DNA of 64,000 nt from the human T2T-CHM13v2.0 reference genome, Homo sapiens (GCF_009914755.1 NC_060942.1), one strand, 5' to 3'; positions 28,902 through 45,247 are shown, numbered from the stretch's first letter. Made by a program: numbers and translations. The notes: a model not told the origin generated them from the sequence alone.

Positions 28902-29215
28902 CTGTGACGATCAGAAAAAGAAAATCCTTCAGAAGATTAGTATACTTTTTATTAAAGATTAAGAAATCAGAATTTGAAGTTTAAAGGTAACTCGAATACA
29001 ATTCAAGAGAAAGGATCTTTATAAGCAAAGAAAATGTTTATAAAAAGATATCTCAAAGAATTTCAAATTGTATCCTGGGTTACCTTCAAACAGGAAAATA
29101 TCTTGTCAGAGAAAAGTGAGAAGCAAAGAGCTGTGAAGAAAATATCTAAGGAAACCTAATTAAAAGCAGAATAAAATATAATACAGCCCATGAGTAACAG
29201 GAAACTTGGTGGTTA

Positions 29216-29612
<397 letters not shown>

Positions 29613-30918
29613 AAATAAAGTAAAACAAGTAGGATTTTTTTAAAGTCAAAAATGAAAAACAGGTACGGAAATATGATAAGCCTTTGCCATAAAAGGTCTT
29701 TTAATGCCCCTGTGGCCTCAATGCCACATCAGACTCTTAGCTGACTCGTAAGAAGCAAAGAAGATCCTATCCCTAGAGCTCTATTTTGGTCATCTTCAGG
29801 CAGGAGCATCCAGGAAGGAAAGCCAACTGACTAGCAGTTACTTTTCCAATCCGAGTAGGTACAGTAAAAAAAATGATCAATAAATATTAAAGCCAGAACA
29901 AACTCATACTCCATTGCGTATCATACATGTTAAAGGAATAATTACAATTGAATGAGGTGAAACAAGGAATACTTCTTTTAGAGTTTATATTTTTTAGAGT
30001 TTTCTTAATATCCCAGAAAGAAAGAGAAGACACTATGATTTGGCAAGAAGATGCAAGACATTTCAGATGGTGTATGTTCAAAGGTAAAGGGACAGAGAGA
30101 CAGAGAAATGCAAATAAACATGTGGTCAAAAGGAGGTGGGTATGGTTGGCTAGAATAAACTGAACACCAGAAGAAAAGAGAAGTAATACTTAAGGGGGTA
30201 TCCTAGATACCATCACTTTTAATTCTCACACTAACCCCATTAAATAGGTGTTAATGACACAGTAGGGAGTAATTTCCCAAGGCTGCAAGCTACTGAGTGA
30301 ATGAACTATAATTAGACCTTAGGTCAACCTGAATTCAATATCTAGTCCTTTTCTACTATACCTTCCTAGAAATTCAGAAAAATTATGTTACAGACTGATT
30401 AATATCAAATAAGTAATAAAAATTCAAATAATTTTTCTTTGAATTTAATTTCCCTAAATTTTATCAGAATACTTTTTGATGAAAAGTTTAATTTCCCTTA
30501 ACAAAATAACTCCAAATGAATTTAACCAATAATTTTTCAACCCAGGGACATTATTCTGATATGACCACTAAAAAGATGAATTCCCAAAGTCCCTCACATC
30601 CATTAAGAACAGGGGATAGCACCATATTCCTTAAGTGTGCTGGAGGATAAATAAGGTTTAGAATCCATGAATTTTAGAAAGCAGGAGTTTTTCTTTGGCC
30701 TTAATAGTCAAGATAACAAACTAATACAAGTGCTTTAATAGATGTAAAATAAAAACCACCAAGACAATTCTGGCAAAAGCAAAATCCTAGAGTTCAATGA
30801 GCCTAAAAGAGAATAAAGCTGTATTTCCAGGTCACATGAAATCTTGTATCAAGTCATGAATACAGTTTGTGTAAATTTATCTCAACTAACATGCCTCTCT
30901 AGGAGTATTTATCTCTTA

Positions 30919-31137
<219 letters not shown>

Positions 31138-31519
31138 TTATTATTTACCTTACAGCTATGTACAATACTCAAAAGTTCTTATAATCATAGGAAAGTTCCT
31201 GAAAATGATAATGTATAGTTGGGGAATTGCCTTAGCTTCTTGGCTCATCTTAACCTTGAGGTTAGGGGTCAGGCTACCCCTACTACTCCTGACCTCCACC
31301 TTCCACCATGTGTGGATGTAGATGTGTAGATGTGTACACACGGACATTGTCGTATGCAGAAGAGACAGGTCAGAAAGGGCAGAACATGACTTCATGCCCC
31401 ACGTATTCAGACACTGAGAACAAAAAGATGATTTACAATCCTTTTTCTGAAACTCGAGGGGCCAAAGGTGTGTCCAAATTCAAATAATCTTTAGGTTTTT
31501 TTCAGAGTAAAATCTTACT

Positions 31520-32295
31520 ATTTTTATTATTTTTAAATTTTTAATTATGGATATATAATCATTGTACATATTTATGGGGTACACATGATATTTTGATACA
31601 GGCATACTATGTGCAATGCTCAAATCAAGGTAACTGGGACATCCATCACCTCAAACATTTACCATTTCTTTGTGTTGGGAACATTCCAACTCCATTCTTT
31701 TAGTTATTTTGAACTATACAATAAATTATTGTTAACTATAGTTACCCTGTTGTGCTACTGAACACTAGATCTTATTCCTCCTAACTGTATTTTGTACCCA
31801 CTAACCATCCCTTCTTTATCTCTGGCTCTCCACTCTTTAGCCTCTGGTAACCCTCATTCTACTCTCTATTTTCATGAGTTCAACTTTTTTTTTTTTTAGT
31901 TCCCAAATATGAGTTGCAATATTTGTCTTTCTGTGCCTGGCTTATTTCATTTAACACAATGGCCTCCAGTTCCATCCATGTTGCTGCAAATGACAGGACT
32001 TCATTCTTTTCTCTGAGTAATATTTCATTGTGTACATATATGGTTCATTTTCTTTATCCATTCATTTGCTGACGGAACTTAGACTGATTCCCTATCTTGG
32101 CTATCACGAATGGCGTTGCAATCAACATGGGAGTGCAGCTATCTCGTCGATATACTTTTTTTTTCTTTTAGATATATACTCAGCAGCTGGATTGCTGGAT
32201 CAGAGGGTAGGTTCTATTTTTAGTTTTTGAGGAACCTGCATACTGTTCTCCACAGTGGTTCCCAACAACACTGTATGAGAGCTCCCTTTTCTCCA
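31520..32295 (-). mobile_element. L1MA 3' fragment, apparently splitting a MER46/Tigger4-like piece (~31435-31505 and ~32300-32330)
   Basis: Reverse L1MA 3'UTR (tgtacatatttatggggtac...tccatccatgttgctgcaaatgacagg). Confidence 0.75.
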
Positions 32296-32644
32296 AAATA
32301 CTTTTAGACTTTAGAACAGTAATAAGGTACCTGCACCCTACATTAGTGAACACCTCCATTAACCTTTGAGCATTCCCTTACTTTCTGGCACAGCAAGATG
32401 TTCCAGGTTCATCTTGTTCTTTCCTCGTCCAAGCTCTAAAATTGGATATTTGTTCCAAAGTGTCGATTCCCTAAAGTGGAGAATGGAGTTTGGAAAGCAA
32501 GATTTGGGCACTAAATGTATACATTGCTATTTAGAGTGTCATTGTTTCTAAGCTAGAAAACGTGTGTGTATATACGTATGCATGCACATACATACCCCTG
32601 GGCACATAAACATATTTTATCTACGAATTAAAAATCATTAATTT

Positions 32645-32918
32645 GCCTGTAATTCCAGAATTTTGTGAGGCTGGGGTAGGAGGATCACTTTAGGCAAGGA
32701 GTTCAAGATCAGCCTGAGCAACATACAGAAACCTATCTCTACAAAAAGATTTAAAAATGAACCAGGCATGGCGGCACATTCCTTTAATCCTGGCTACTCG
32801 GGATGAGGTGGGAGGATCGCTTGAGCCCAGGAGGTGGCAACTGCAGTGAACTATGATCACAGCACTGTCCTCCAGCCTGGATGACAGAATGAGACCTCAT
32901 CTCTTAAAAAACAAAATA
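32645..32918 (+). mobile_element. Alu (AluJ-like, 5' eroded)
   Basis: gcctgtaattccag...gagacctcatctcttaaaaa. Confidence 0.85.
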
Positions 32919-33677
32919 ATTGATTCATACTGAAAGCTCCAAATATAATCCAACACTCCAAATATAATCCAACATTAAACATCTTCCTTCCCTTCCATAT
33001 TTGTAATTTCCGTTATGTGAAAGTAAAAATTCTGGCTTTCATTGTCTACAATATATTTACTTATTTGCCTTGCCTTATGAACACAATAAGTAGTTTCAGA
33101 ATTTCTAACTAATAATACTGCAAAAAATAAAACTAGTAACTAGAGTTCAATGCTTGGTTACAGTTCTTTTTGCCAATAGTCTGAGGACTAAAGTCCTAAA
33201 AATATGTCTGAGAGTTACTGGGGTTACTTCCTCTCTCACTTCAATGCTATTCATGTGAAATGTAGCTGGATTAATTGGTTTGTATTCCATGTTATTGTTT
33301 CCCATTTTTGTTGATTTTATTTTTTTCAGCAAGTAAAACATACATGGTTATAAAAGTCAACCTATACAAGAAGATACATGCAGAGAAGGGTCACTATCCC
33401 ACCCCTCAATCTCTTCTACACTGTTCCCATCCTCTCTTATTTCCTAACTAACTCCCACCCATTCTCATAATTAATCTCATTCATTTCCAGCTGTTCCTTC
33501 CTGTTTTCTTTCTACACAAATAGATACACGTATTTTAAATTTCCCCTTCTTTCATATGCAAAAGTAGAAAACTGTAAATATCATAAACTATAAATACTCT
33601 TTATCATTGTGCTTCTTTCTTCACTTGACAATATTTCCTAAAATTTGGTCCATATCTGTTTGAAGATATCCTCCCCT

Positions 33678-33952
33678 CTTTTTTTTTTTTTTTTTTGTTT
33701 TTGGAGAAATGGTCTCACTGTTGCCCAGGCTGGAGTCTGGTGCAATCATGGCTCACTGAAGCCTCAAAGCCTGGGCTCAAGTGCTCCTCCCACCTCAGCC
33801 TCCTGAGTAGCTGAGACCACAGGTGTGTGCCACCATGCCTGGCTAATTTATTTTATATTTTGTAGAGATACAGTCTCACTATCGTGAAAAGTATCTCCCA
33901 CCTCAGCCTCCAAAAGTTCTAGGATTATTGGTGTGAGCTGCTGTGCCCAGCC
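33678..33952 (-). mobile_element. Alu (AluJ-like)
   Basis: Poly-T, then ggtctcactgttgcccaggctgg...tgtgcccagcc. Confidence 0.85.
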
Positions 33953-34504
33953 CCCTCTTTCTAATAGCTGTAGTTCTCCATTGTTATTTTAAAAATAAAT
34001 TTTATTTATAAGTAATTTTGTTATATGTTTATCATTATCTATATATTGTTATATATCTATCAAAAACTATCCTTCTACTTACAGGCATTTGTGTTGTTTC
34101 CATGTTTTATAATTACAAACAATGCTTGCTAAATTATCAAGTACATATGTATTTTTATATTGCTGGAGATAAATAAAAGAGAATTCCTAGAAGTGGAATT
34201 GTTTAATCAAAGGTAAATACATAGTTTTGTTATCTATTGCCAAATTCCCTTCCAAAATTATACTAATTTGCATTTTCTCTAACAATGTATGAAAGTGCTT
34301 ATTTTCCACAGCCTCGCCAAAAGAATGTACTGCCAATACTTAATTGTTGGCAATTTAATAAATAAAAAAGTATCTTCGGGTAGTATTAATTTGTATAATA
34401 TTTTTCCAAAGATAAAGGCTACTTTTAGGTCCTTTGTGAATTATCTTTTCATGTTTTCTGCTCATTTTTACATGAGAGTTTGTGTTCTTTTCCCCTCAAA
34501 TATT

Positions 34505-34645
34505 ACGCCTGTAATCCCAGCCACTTGGGAAACTGAGACAGGAGGATTACTTGAGTCCAGGTGTTCGAGACTACAATGAGCTATGACCATGCCACTGCAC
34601 TCCAGCCTGGGTGACAGAGCTAGACCCTGTCTCTTAAAAAATAAT
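34505..34645 (+). mobile_element. Alu monomer (FRAM/right-arm-like)
   Basis: acgcctgtaatcccagc...gaccctgtctcttaaaaa. Confidence 0.8.
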
Positions 34646-35055
34646 GATAAATCTTTGGAAATAAAAATGGAAAAAATTAAATTGAGATAATTCTAATGAA
34701 AATTGTCCAAACAATTTCAAGGGAAATCTTTCAGTATTCATAAAATATGTATTACATATCTTCAGCACTTCTAGAGCAAGCATATATAGAAACCTTTTTT
34801 GAATTTTTCTGTAAAGAGAGCTAGTTCAGAATATAAATTGATACATATTTTTTCAATTTTCTTGCTAATTTATTTTGTAAAACTAAGGAGGACATTTGAC
34901 ACCCTGATCTCTTATTTCCAAGTTTTGAAAAAAAAGGAATATACCTGATAGTGTCATATATCACCAAAAAATTGTGAGGATTCATCCTCTGTTCATGCCT
35001 CCCCTTTCTGTGGGTATTCTTTCTTTTATATGCTTTTTTTTTTTTTTTTTGGTCA

Positions 35056-35427
<372 letters not shown>

Positions 35428-35479
35428 GCGTTAATACTTGAAAATAAAATAAATTTAAAATCAAAGGTAATCCAAACAA

Positions 35480-35933
35480 AAAACAGAAAGCCTGTATATC
35501 CACACAAATGCCTATATCACGTGATGAATGGGTAACTGTAATATATTCATACAGTGGAATATTATTTGTCAATAAATAAATGAAGTTCTGATACATGCTA
35601 GAACATGGATGAACCTTGAAAACAGCACACTAAGTGAAAGAAGCCAGTCACACAAGACCATGTTATATGATTCCATTCATACAAAATGTCCAAAACGGGC
35701 AAATCTATAAAGAAGGAAAGTAGATTAGTGATTCCGTAGAGTGCCAAGAATGGGGGAGACAGGGAGTGACTGCTAATGGGTATAGGGTTTTTTTGCAAGA
35801 TGATGGAAATATCCTAAAATTGATCGTGGTGACGGTTGCACAACTCTGAATATACTTAAAACCAATAAAGTATACACTTTAAACAAGTGAATTATATGGT
35901 ATGTGAATTATATCTCAATAAAGATGTTAAAAA
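35480..35933 (+). mobile_element. L1MB-type 3' end
   Basis: catggatgaaccttgaaaac...gtatgtgaattatatctcaataaag. Confidence 0.8.
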
Positions 35934-36858
35934 TCAGAGTAAGGCAACATGCTTTTAGAGATAAATGTTCATGAAATTCATGATCGAATTTCATTTCATG
36001 CCCTATGTCCTGAGCCATTTAAATAATCTGAGTTTGCTCCTTTTGTTCTTAAGAAGATCAAATGAGTATTTTCTACAGTTAAATAATTTTATATATAGTG
36101 AACATGAATTACTAAAAACCAATATGGAACACTGTTTAGGAAATTATTGGAACAAATATTGTAATGAAAGTTCAAAGTTTTAATTCAGCGAGTTTTTCTA
36201 AATGTTTCAGAAAGTATTTTTTCTGCATATACTTATATGTATGCCAGTGTTTAAAATTACTTTCTTTTTAGATAGTATAGTCCTTTCAAGTCAAAAATTT
36301 AATGCTACTGAATAAGGCTTATATACTCTCTAGAATTTAAAAAAAAAAAAAAAAAAAAGCAAAGTTGCAAATTTGAAGCACAGCAGGGTTGGAAGCAGTT
36401 CCCAGCACAAGGAGCAAAATTTATATATTGCCATTAATAAAAATAAGTCCCAAGTTGTATATTGTGCATTTCTAATAAAATAAAGACTCAATACATTTTA
36501 TGTGCCTTTAAATGGAAGCATAGCCTTAGAAAATACTTAAAACCAGAATCGCTTTACTTTCAAGTGGATTACTTGTAGCAAAGTGTTTTCTCAAAAGAAG
36601 GGAAAAAATAAAGTTAAGTTATACCCATCAGTTCCCAAATTCAAATGTCAAATACCTACGAGCGCCTAATAAGGAGCCACACAGGAATTGGACTATTTAT
36701 TTAAGAGCCAAATTCCATTTATTAGTTAAGAGCATTTATTTTATTAATTTCTGATATATTGGTTCTAAATGTATTTCATAATGGTCTACAACTTATTTCA
36801 TTAAAATTTTGTTCTTTAGACATTTACTTTCAAAATATCTGTCTGGACCAACTTGTCA

Positions 36859-36993
<135 letters not shown>

Positions 36994-38196
36994 CTATGAA
37001 TCAGTAAATTATTTTACTTATTAATGTTACAGTACGGAAAATGAAACACAGGCAACATACACACAAGAAATCCTTAAACAAGGAGGTTTAAGACAAAATT
37101 ATACTAGTTAGGATAACTAGAAAAGATTCCATATCTTGGGAGTTACAGCAGTTTTTTTAAATGGCATTTCCACTTCTTAAAGGAATTGTTATCATTTACA
37201 TAAATCAGTAACTCAAAGGAGCAGTATTGACTTCAGGCCCATTTAGGAGTTTAAGGTTCCCATAAGGCCAATTCCCTCATTGCCCAAATGTTAGAAAGGC
37301 TAAAATATACCACCTTAACTATAATTTATTGTGATATTTTGCATTTCTTGATTGACAATAAAGATATTTTTAATGTTCCAAATGGCACATATAAATTTTA
37401 ATAGTGCCTAAAAAATTAGAAGTATTAAAAGATTTTTCTCTACCTCACCTCCTATCAAGGAAGAACACTAAAAAATTGTGCCAGTTTGCTGAGATTGCTT
37501 CAGAATACAACATTAAATATAACAAAATCCGTGGAAAGCAAGTACAATTTCACCTACAGGTTTATAATGAGCAGACCGACCTTCTAAGACTGAAAAAGCG
37601 CAAAGTGATGTGTTTGCGCTAAGAGGTGTTCAACTAAGCACCTCTTAGTTGAAAAACACTTATGTGGTGAGGTCAGATAACTCTTTTCCTTACCATCAAT
37701 TTCTCTTCTGTGAAGTAACATGAAGTGCCCATACCTGGGTAGCCTCCATATCAGTACATGCAACACAACATTAGCTATCCATAGAAGTTATAAACCATCA
37801 TTCCAGACTCAGATCCTATATAGCTCACAGTATTTGTACATTGATTGTGTATATATCTTAACACTTAGAGTACCTTAGAATTACCATGATGAAATGAAAG
37901 CAAAAACTAAGGTTATTTTCATTTGCAGTTTCTAATAGTAAAGAGAATATAAATTTGAAGAAATTACTAAAAATGGAATATACAGTTTTTTAAATCCCCC
38001 TTTTAACTTGAGCCCTTAACCATCTTTCACCACATTAAGTAAGTATAACAGTCATGATGCCAAGAAATAAGTGAGAAAGCTGCAGCTAAAAAATGTAGGC
38101 TAAGCACATAATCTAAAAAGTAAATCTGGAAAAAAGTTCAGTCTAAATAAGTCAATCATAAACAAACATCAAATGCCTTATTTTATATAGTATTAG

Positions 38197-38529
<333 letters not shown>

Positions 38530-40044
38530 AAGCTTGTTTATTTTTAAAAATATATTTGCCTACAATTTGGCAATGAGAGATATGTGAAAAAATGTTCCTG
38601 TCAACAGATATCAAGACAACATTTATAGTTCTGTGAAGAAAATAATCCTATGCCAAGACTGATATCACAAACTATGCACAAGCTAATATATCTGGCTCCT
38701 GCCACAACTCTTTTGGTTGTATAAGAAAAGTTAAGGGGATAATGATGCTGAAATCCTTTATCATTTCACTGAACATTCTTTCAACTGATAAAGACTCAAG
38801 AAGGCCTTATTACTGATATAAATAGAATAGGTACCTGGTTTGCGGTTTCAACGATCGGTGTGGGAAAAGAAAGCTTATAAGGGCCCACTAAATACCTGGC
38901 TCATTAGAAGAAAGCAAAGTTGTGATTCATGACAAAGGTCAGGCATTAATAAAGATGTGATTTTCCTTAGTATAGTCCACAGAAGGGATACACAAGTTTA
39001 GAAAAGATGCTTTTAGAAAGTACCTTATTGTATTATAACTTACCCCATGTGGTTGGGGAAACACAATGATTGCTTTATATGGTGCTTTAAAATTGATTAT
39101 GGATGATTTATATTTCTACTAGCCTCTATTTTTTAAGTGTGCTAAACTAATATATTGCTATTTTAATAACTAAAAGCAAAAAAGTATTAAAGCAAATTGT
39201 CCCAGTTCTATGCTCAAATCTTTGCTTGTTTAGATATAATCTCCAATCGATAGTATTTGGTTACATTTGATAAAGTACATCGATATGTAAACATGTTACT
39301 TTTCACCTTAAAATCCAAGTAATAACTAGACAATTTTGGCATTAAGTATTAGCTACTGGAAGGTGCAGTATGAGCCTACGAAGCTATAGGTACAAAAAGC
39401 CTGACCTAGTCCACGTCCTCATTTAGAGAAAAGGACCACAAGTTAAGGGATTTGTCTGAGTTGAGACTAGGATTCTCAGTCCAGAACTGCATTCATGACA
39501 GCATAAATTCGTTAGAATCAGAGGAAGTCCTCAGACGTACCTCTTGAGAAAGCTGGCTGGCCTTGTTTGCGAGGAGAGGCTTGCTTCTTTCTCCCTGATC
39601 CCCCTGTGTCCCCGCGGAACTTCAGCTAGACTAACTTCAGCTGCCCCATCCCAGGTGAAGGAGGAGGAATTGGCTTAGTTTAAGAGCAAACTTAGTCTGC
39701 TGAAGTCATCCGTTCCTGTCAAGCTTCTCGCTGCTCTGCTCTGTACCTCACAGTAAGTAGGATAACTAGGGTTGTCCTCTTACAACAGCGAGAGTCTAAT
39801 TCTTGTATCCATCACTTGCTCAATTCATTAGAATGGTCTAAGTGCAAAATCACAATCTAGACTTTTCCCTCGCTTTCACATCTGCCACATGACATATCCT
39901 GAGATCTTCAATTTATAATCCCTCGGTAAGACAAAAAAATCTGAATTTGAATATATTTCTAGCCTTATTACTTTACAGATATTACAAAAGACAATACAAG
40001 CTTTTTAGAGCAGGCTGATGCTACTTAAAGGTACTGTCCTAAAA

Positions 40045-40445
40045 CAGACTCAGATTAGTGTAATGGATGTTGCTAGGGGATAGGAGCTGGGGAAAAGGGG
40101 AGATGTTTGGTCAAAGAGTGCAAACTTTCAGATAAGATGAGTATGTTCTGGGGATCTAATGTGTAGCATGGTGAATATGGTTAATATGGTCTAATGTGTA
40201 GCATGGTGAATATGGTTAATATGGTTAATAACACTGCACAGTCTACTTGAAAGAGAGTAGTTCTTAAGTGTTCTCACCACAAAAAAAAAAGGTTGACTCT
40301 TAGGTGACAGATGTGTTAACTAATTTGACTGTGGTAATCATTTCATCACATATACATATGTCAAGTAATCTCACTGTATATCTCAAATATATACAATTTT
40401 ATTTGTCATTTTAGCTCAAAACTAGGGGAAAATAAAAAAATAAAA
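40045..40445 (+). mobile_element. L1MA (late subfamily) 3' end
   Basis: gttctggggatctaatgtgtagcatggtga...cttaagtgttctcaccacaaaa. Confidence 0.75.
40155..40224. repeat. Perfect 35-bp tandem duplication
   Basis: tctaatgtgtagcatggtgaatatggttaatatgg x2. Confidence 0.95.
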
Positions 40446-43400
40446 TGGACTCAAATCTTGCTTATAAAAACTGAAAAAAATTGTTCTTCAGTGTGTTTGT
40501 AAGCAGATTTGGTAACTAAAGAAGGTTTCTAAATTATGCTTCAGTGTAAAATAAGCAGCTAAAATTAAGAAAGTCCCTTTGAAATCACTGAAAATAGCAG
40601 AGTCATTTGCCATATCCAAGTAGAATTGGAATGTAAAAAACAATTTCTGTCATATAAGCAAAAATGCATCAATGTACAAAAATGATTTTCTTTGTATCTG
40701 CCTTACAGAAGCAAGTGATTTCACTAGACACTTTAACTTTTTTTGAAAGTTAATTCAGAACTTGAATATTGTATTTGCCAAAATGATCTTGTAATAGTTC
40801 CATCAACTTCCCTCAAAAGCAGTACTGGTGCCAAAAAAGTTTATTTAATTGTTTTTAAAAAGGTACAAAGGGAGAAAATAAGGATTGTAGTGTGAAAAAA
40901 ATAAAGTACAAGTCTAGCCACATTTTGAAAACATGGAAAAATATAAGATATGAAGGGTTTCTAAGAGATTCTAAGCTTCATGTGTTCATTTTAATAAATA
41001 ATACCTTTCTCTATATGCCCAGGAGCAGGAAAGCTTTGGCATGCTTCTCAATTTGTAATCATTAATTCTAACCAAATTATAACAAGAAGTTTAAATTATT
41101 TCAACTAATAGATTCATAATTCAAATGGATTATGTACAATATATGTAAAAAAAAGAAAGCTCAGAAAAGTCCTCTGAAGGAATGAGCAGAAGATGATAGA
41201 CGATTCTTGCATGTCTAACCAAAGGACCACTTAAAGAGACAGATCATCACCACAACACAGTCACAGTTCCTGTGCCATCCTGTGTGTAATCTAAGAGCAC
41301 AAATTTCCAAGAGCTTGTCTCACTTGTATTTTCCTCCTAACTAAATATAAGAGGTTGTTAGACTCTGGATAATCCACAGGTAGCTGAAATTTATTTAAAC
41401 AGAGTATAACATTTTCTTTCTCTCTCCATCATCACACAAACTACCACCTCCTCAAGTTTTCCTGGGGTCACCATGCTGGAGGTATTTGTATGTCCTATCA
41501 GTGATGCCTATGTCAAAACTATTTTTCTTTTAGAAAGCCTCTTGGATCCATCCCTGCTTAAACTATCCTCTGTCTACTCTTCCTTCTATAAAACAATTTT
41601 AACTACCATCAAATGAGTGTCAATACGTTATTTCTCTCATATCAGTTGTAATGTTTCATGCCATTCCATGCTGCTGAAATATCCTTACATCTTTATCTTT
41701 ATAGCTCTTATATCTTACCTCTTCAAATCCAAAAGCTGATTCAGCTTTCTTAACTAACTCCTGTCTGATTAGTCAGGTCATCAAACTTTAGCTTTCCGTC
41801 CCACATTCTACTCCAAACAACCTCTTGCATTTTCTGAATGTTAATGCCTTCAGTACAACACAACTTCATATTTAGTTAGAAAGTCTAAGTATGCTTTATG
41901 TTCTCAAGTAGACTTTTGTCATTTGTTAAGTGGTCACTGAATCCTAAGGAATATTTGAATCTTTTCAGTCCCTTGCAAATGTTTGTATGCATATAAAAGA
42001 GAAGGGGATAATATTGTAAAGCCCATTTCAGTGGCCACTTCCTACACAAAACCACTTTTCATTTCATCTTTCCCTCTAAAGAAACCTCACTGTCCCTTGA
42101 CTACACCATCTTTTATGGGATCAATCACATCTGGCCTTAGAGTGAAGGAGGAAGCAAACATACTTCTGGACTCAAAAGAATGGTCTACCAGTTACCATGC
42201 TAGGAACTTGAACAAGCATGCACTCCATGGAGTGGGACCTCACTCCATGCCCTAATTTCCTCTTTTGCAAAATAGTAACAATGCTTTTCAGTTGTTTTAA
42301 GACTATGAAGTGTAAAAATTCTCTTTAAATGTTTAGAAAAACTAAAATCAGTTTTCTTTAAATCTGTGTTCCAGAAAAAAGTTTGAAAGATCACATATTT
42401 CACAAAGAAAGGCTCAAAAAGAAAGGAATTATATTTCCCACATATTTTATTTTGACAATTGATAAATTTAAAAAAATACAGACATAGTTCTGCTCAGGAA
42501 CAACAGAAGAGACCAAATTTTGGTCATAAAGCTGTTGCTGCACACAGGTGTGTAAGAGGCACAAACAGCTATCCATCTTGGATATAAACGTGATTTCGAG
42601 AAGAAAAACACCACCTAATGGCTGCATCCTCCTACCCCAGAGGAGGAGAATATTGAGTTCGATAGAGGCCACTCCTGAGGAAGCATTTACAAGGGCGATG
42701 CCCCAAAGCTAACAATGACACTCTGCTTACTCTATCTGCAGTTTATCAAACATACAGGACCCAACAATCCTTACGAAGCTTGCCAAACAACGGAACTAAT
42801 ACACATTAGGTAACAGCATGAAAGTCCCTAACTTGGCATTAACAGCACAAAATGGATAGTAACCCAGGAGAGCATGCTGGATGACATGACCCAAATCAAA
42901 AGATGATGCTTTCCTTGGAAAGATAAAATGGAAAAACCAGCCAACTAACCAATAAAGGATTGCATTTTTTCTCAATTCTGAGATAAACAAAACAAAGATA
43001 TAAATAAGCAGATAAGCTGATTAATAAGATTTACATCCACTCAACTTATACCTCAATTTGTAACTTCAACATTTTTTTATACATAAGAAAGTATGCCTTG
43101 GTCGAAGTACTGACAGCTTTGGTTTAAAGTAACACTGGCAGAATGAAAACACTCTCCAGATTTTTCTCCTGTTGGGACAAAGATACACATCATCTTGGGT
43201 ATGGTAAAGAAAATATAACTAGTAGAATTAGGGTACGAAGACTATTTTTGTAACTAAAAGTCACCCATTCTAAAAGTTGTTTGGAAACCTCCCGAAAAAG
43301 AAAGTAAAAAGTAAATTCTGTAAAAATTCTAACAGAATACACTAGCCTTTAGAGAAAATAATAAGAAATAAATTTTACACATATTACAAAATTCTTTTAA

Positions 43401-44959
43401 AAAAACTGAAAAGATTCCATTGGTATATATTTCTAAAAGTCTGTGTTACATTCAAACACAAACAAGTTAAAGACCTTCACTTTAATTGGGGTGCTTCTTT
43501 CTTTAATAATGACTACAATTAATAACATATTTCCAAATTTTCTCAGAAAATCTAGTATTCTAACCTGTAAGATTAAATGTTATTACAAAATAGAGAAATT
43601 CAAAAGGTTGATATGCTTTTGCTTTTTGTATTTAGGTTTTCTTGTATAGGATAAATATGACTTCAGTGCTCACCACAAAATAGCTAAGATAACTCAAAGT
43701 TAATTAGAGCAATTATTATTTACTGAGTACCTACTAAAAGCAAAAAAACTGAAATATGTACAAAGATTTCAAGGCTAGTCTATAGCCCTTTTGACAAATA
43801 GGCTAACAAACAAAATTTACTTTTAAGCACACTTTCATGCTGTCCTTCTGTGAACTAAATAACCAATTAAGACAATTCAGTTTGGCATTTATCATATTAC
43901 TGCTCTTGTTGAGACAAAGGTACACACTATCTCCACCTTGGAAAGGAAAGCATGACATCTAGTGGAACTCGGGTAATTATCTTACTTTTCCATACAAAGG
44001 TCCAATGTAGCACTAAACACAAATACTTCTCTTGAATCTAGGGAAAAAAAGACTTAAAACTGTAGCAAAAAGTATCAGTCTTTTGAGAAACTAGGAGATA
44101 GATTAAACATAATCTTTACATTATAATGTCTGTATAATTATTATTCTCATATTATTTTTGTTCCTGGAAACAGGTGTATCAAATCTTTCCCTTCCTGATA
44201 TGTTGTATAATACACTAATTATTTCAAAAACACTTTAAAATTAAAAGTAACATTTCCCAGTTGAGAATAAATGATTCTGTATGTTTGTAAATAACTGAAA
44301 CCTAGTATCAATCATTCCTTATAAATACTCAGTGTTTCAAACTTTTCTGCAAAAAAAGCAACTAATGCATGAATGAAAGGGGAAGGAAAGAAGGCATGCA
44401 AACAGGCATATATAAATTTCAGGTATTCCAGATAAACTTCTATGTGATGCAAGTATTTAGAAGTGTGTTTAAAGCTGTCAGCACCACACTAGAATCATTT
44501 GAATGTTCTTCATATTGCCCTGCCCTTAAGCACAATTTCAGGGTAATCAACCATTTTTAACATGTAGGATTTGTTCTCTTCTAATACTAACGAAAAACAT
44601 ATTTTCACACTTTCGTACTATCAAAAAAGGTAGGAAAGAGAGGTTGAAAATTCTCAACTAAAGGGATATTCAGTGTAGCTATACCGTAGCAAGACACACC
44701 CTGGTTCAAACTCCAGTTCTGCTACCTATAGCACTAATGATCACAAAGTTACTTTACTTCAGAGTGGCTTGCGCACACAGAAAAGCAAGATAAGTATCTA
44801 TAATGTATGACTGATGTGCAGCTTGAATACAATAATTTAGCAAAATTCTGCAGAAAGCACTTCGAATAAATCATAGCTGTTATAACCTTACACTTTGTAT
44901 TCTTAACTCTCCCACTAGGCAAACTCAAATTTTTTCAGAGATTCAAAATAAAAGACTTA

Positions 44960-45103
<144 letters not shown>

Positions 45104-45247
45104 CTAGGAACTGTAACAATTAATTAAAAGGGTACGCATTACAGAAAACCAATTCAAAACTAAAGAAAGGAAAAAACTTATATGGATCTGGCTTCTGAGA
45201 TAGACCACTATTTAAAAAAAAAAAAATCTAAGGAGAGTTTTTTTTTA

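Larger units (their letters stand above)
32360..34500 (-). mobile_element. Degenerate L1MC/MD/ME remnants containing Alus
   Basis: cttactttctggcacagcaagatgttccagg motif; other reverse L1M segments (aattcctagaagtggaatt). Confidence 0.6.

Noticed and set aside
42780-42870. Possible RFX X-box half-sites (relevant to a cilia gene)
   Set aside because: Only loose half matches, no full GTTNCC...RGYAAC palindrome, and far from the promoter.
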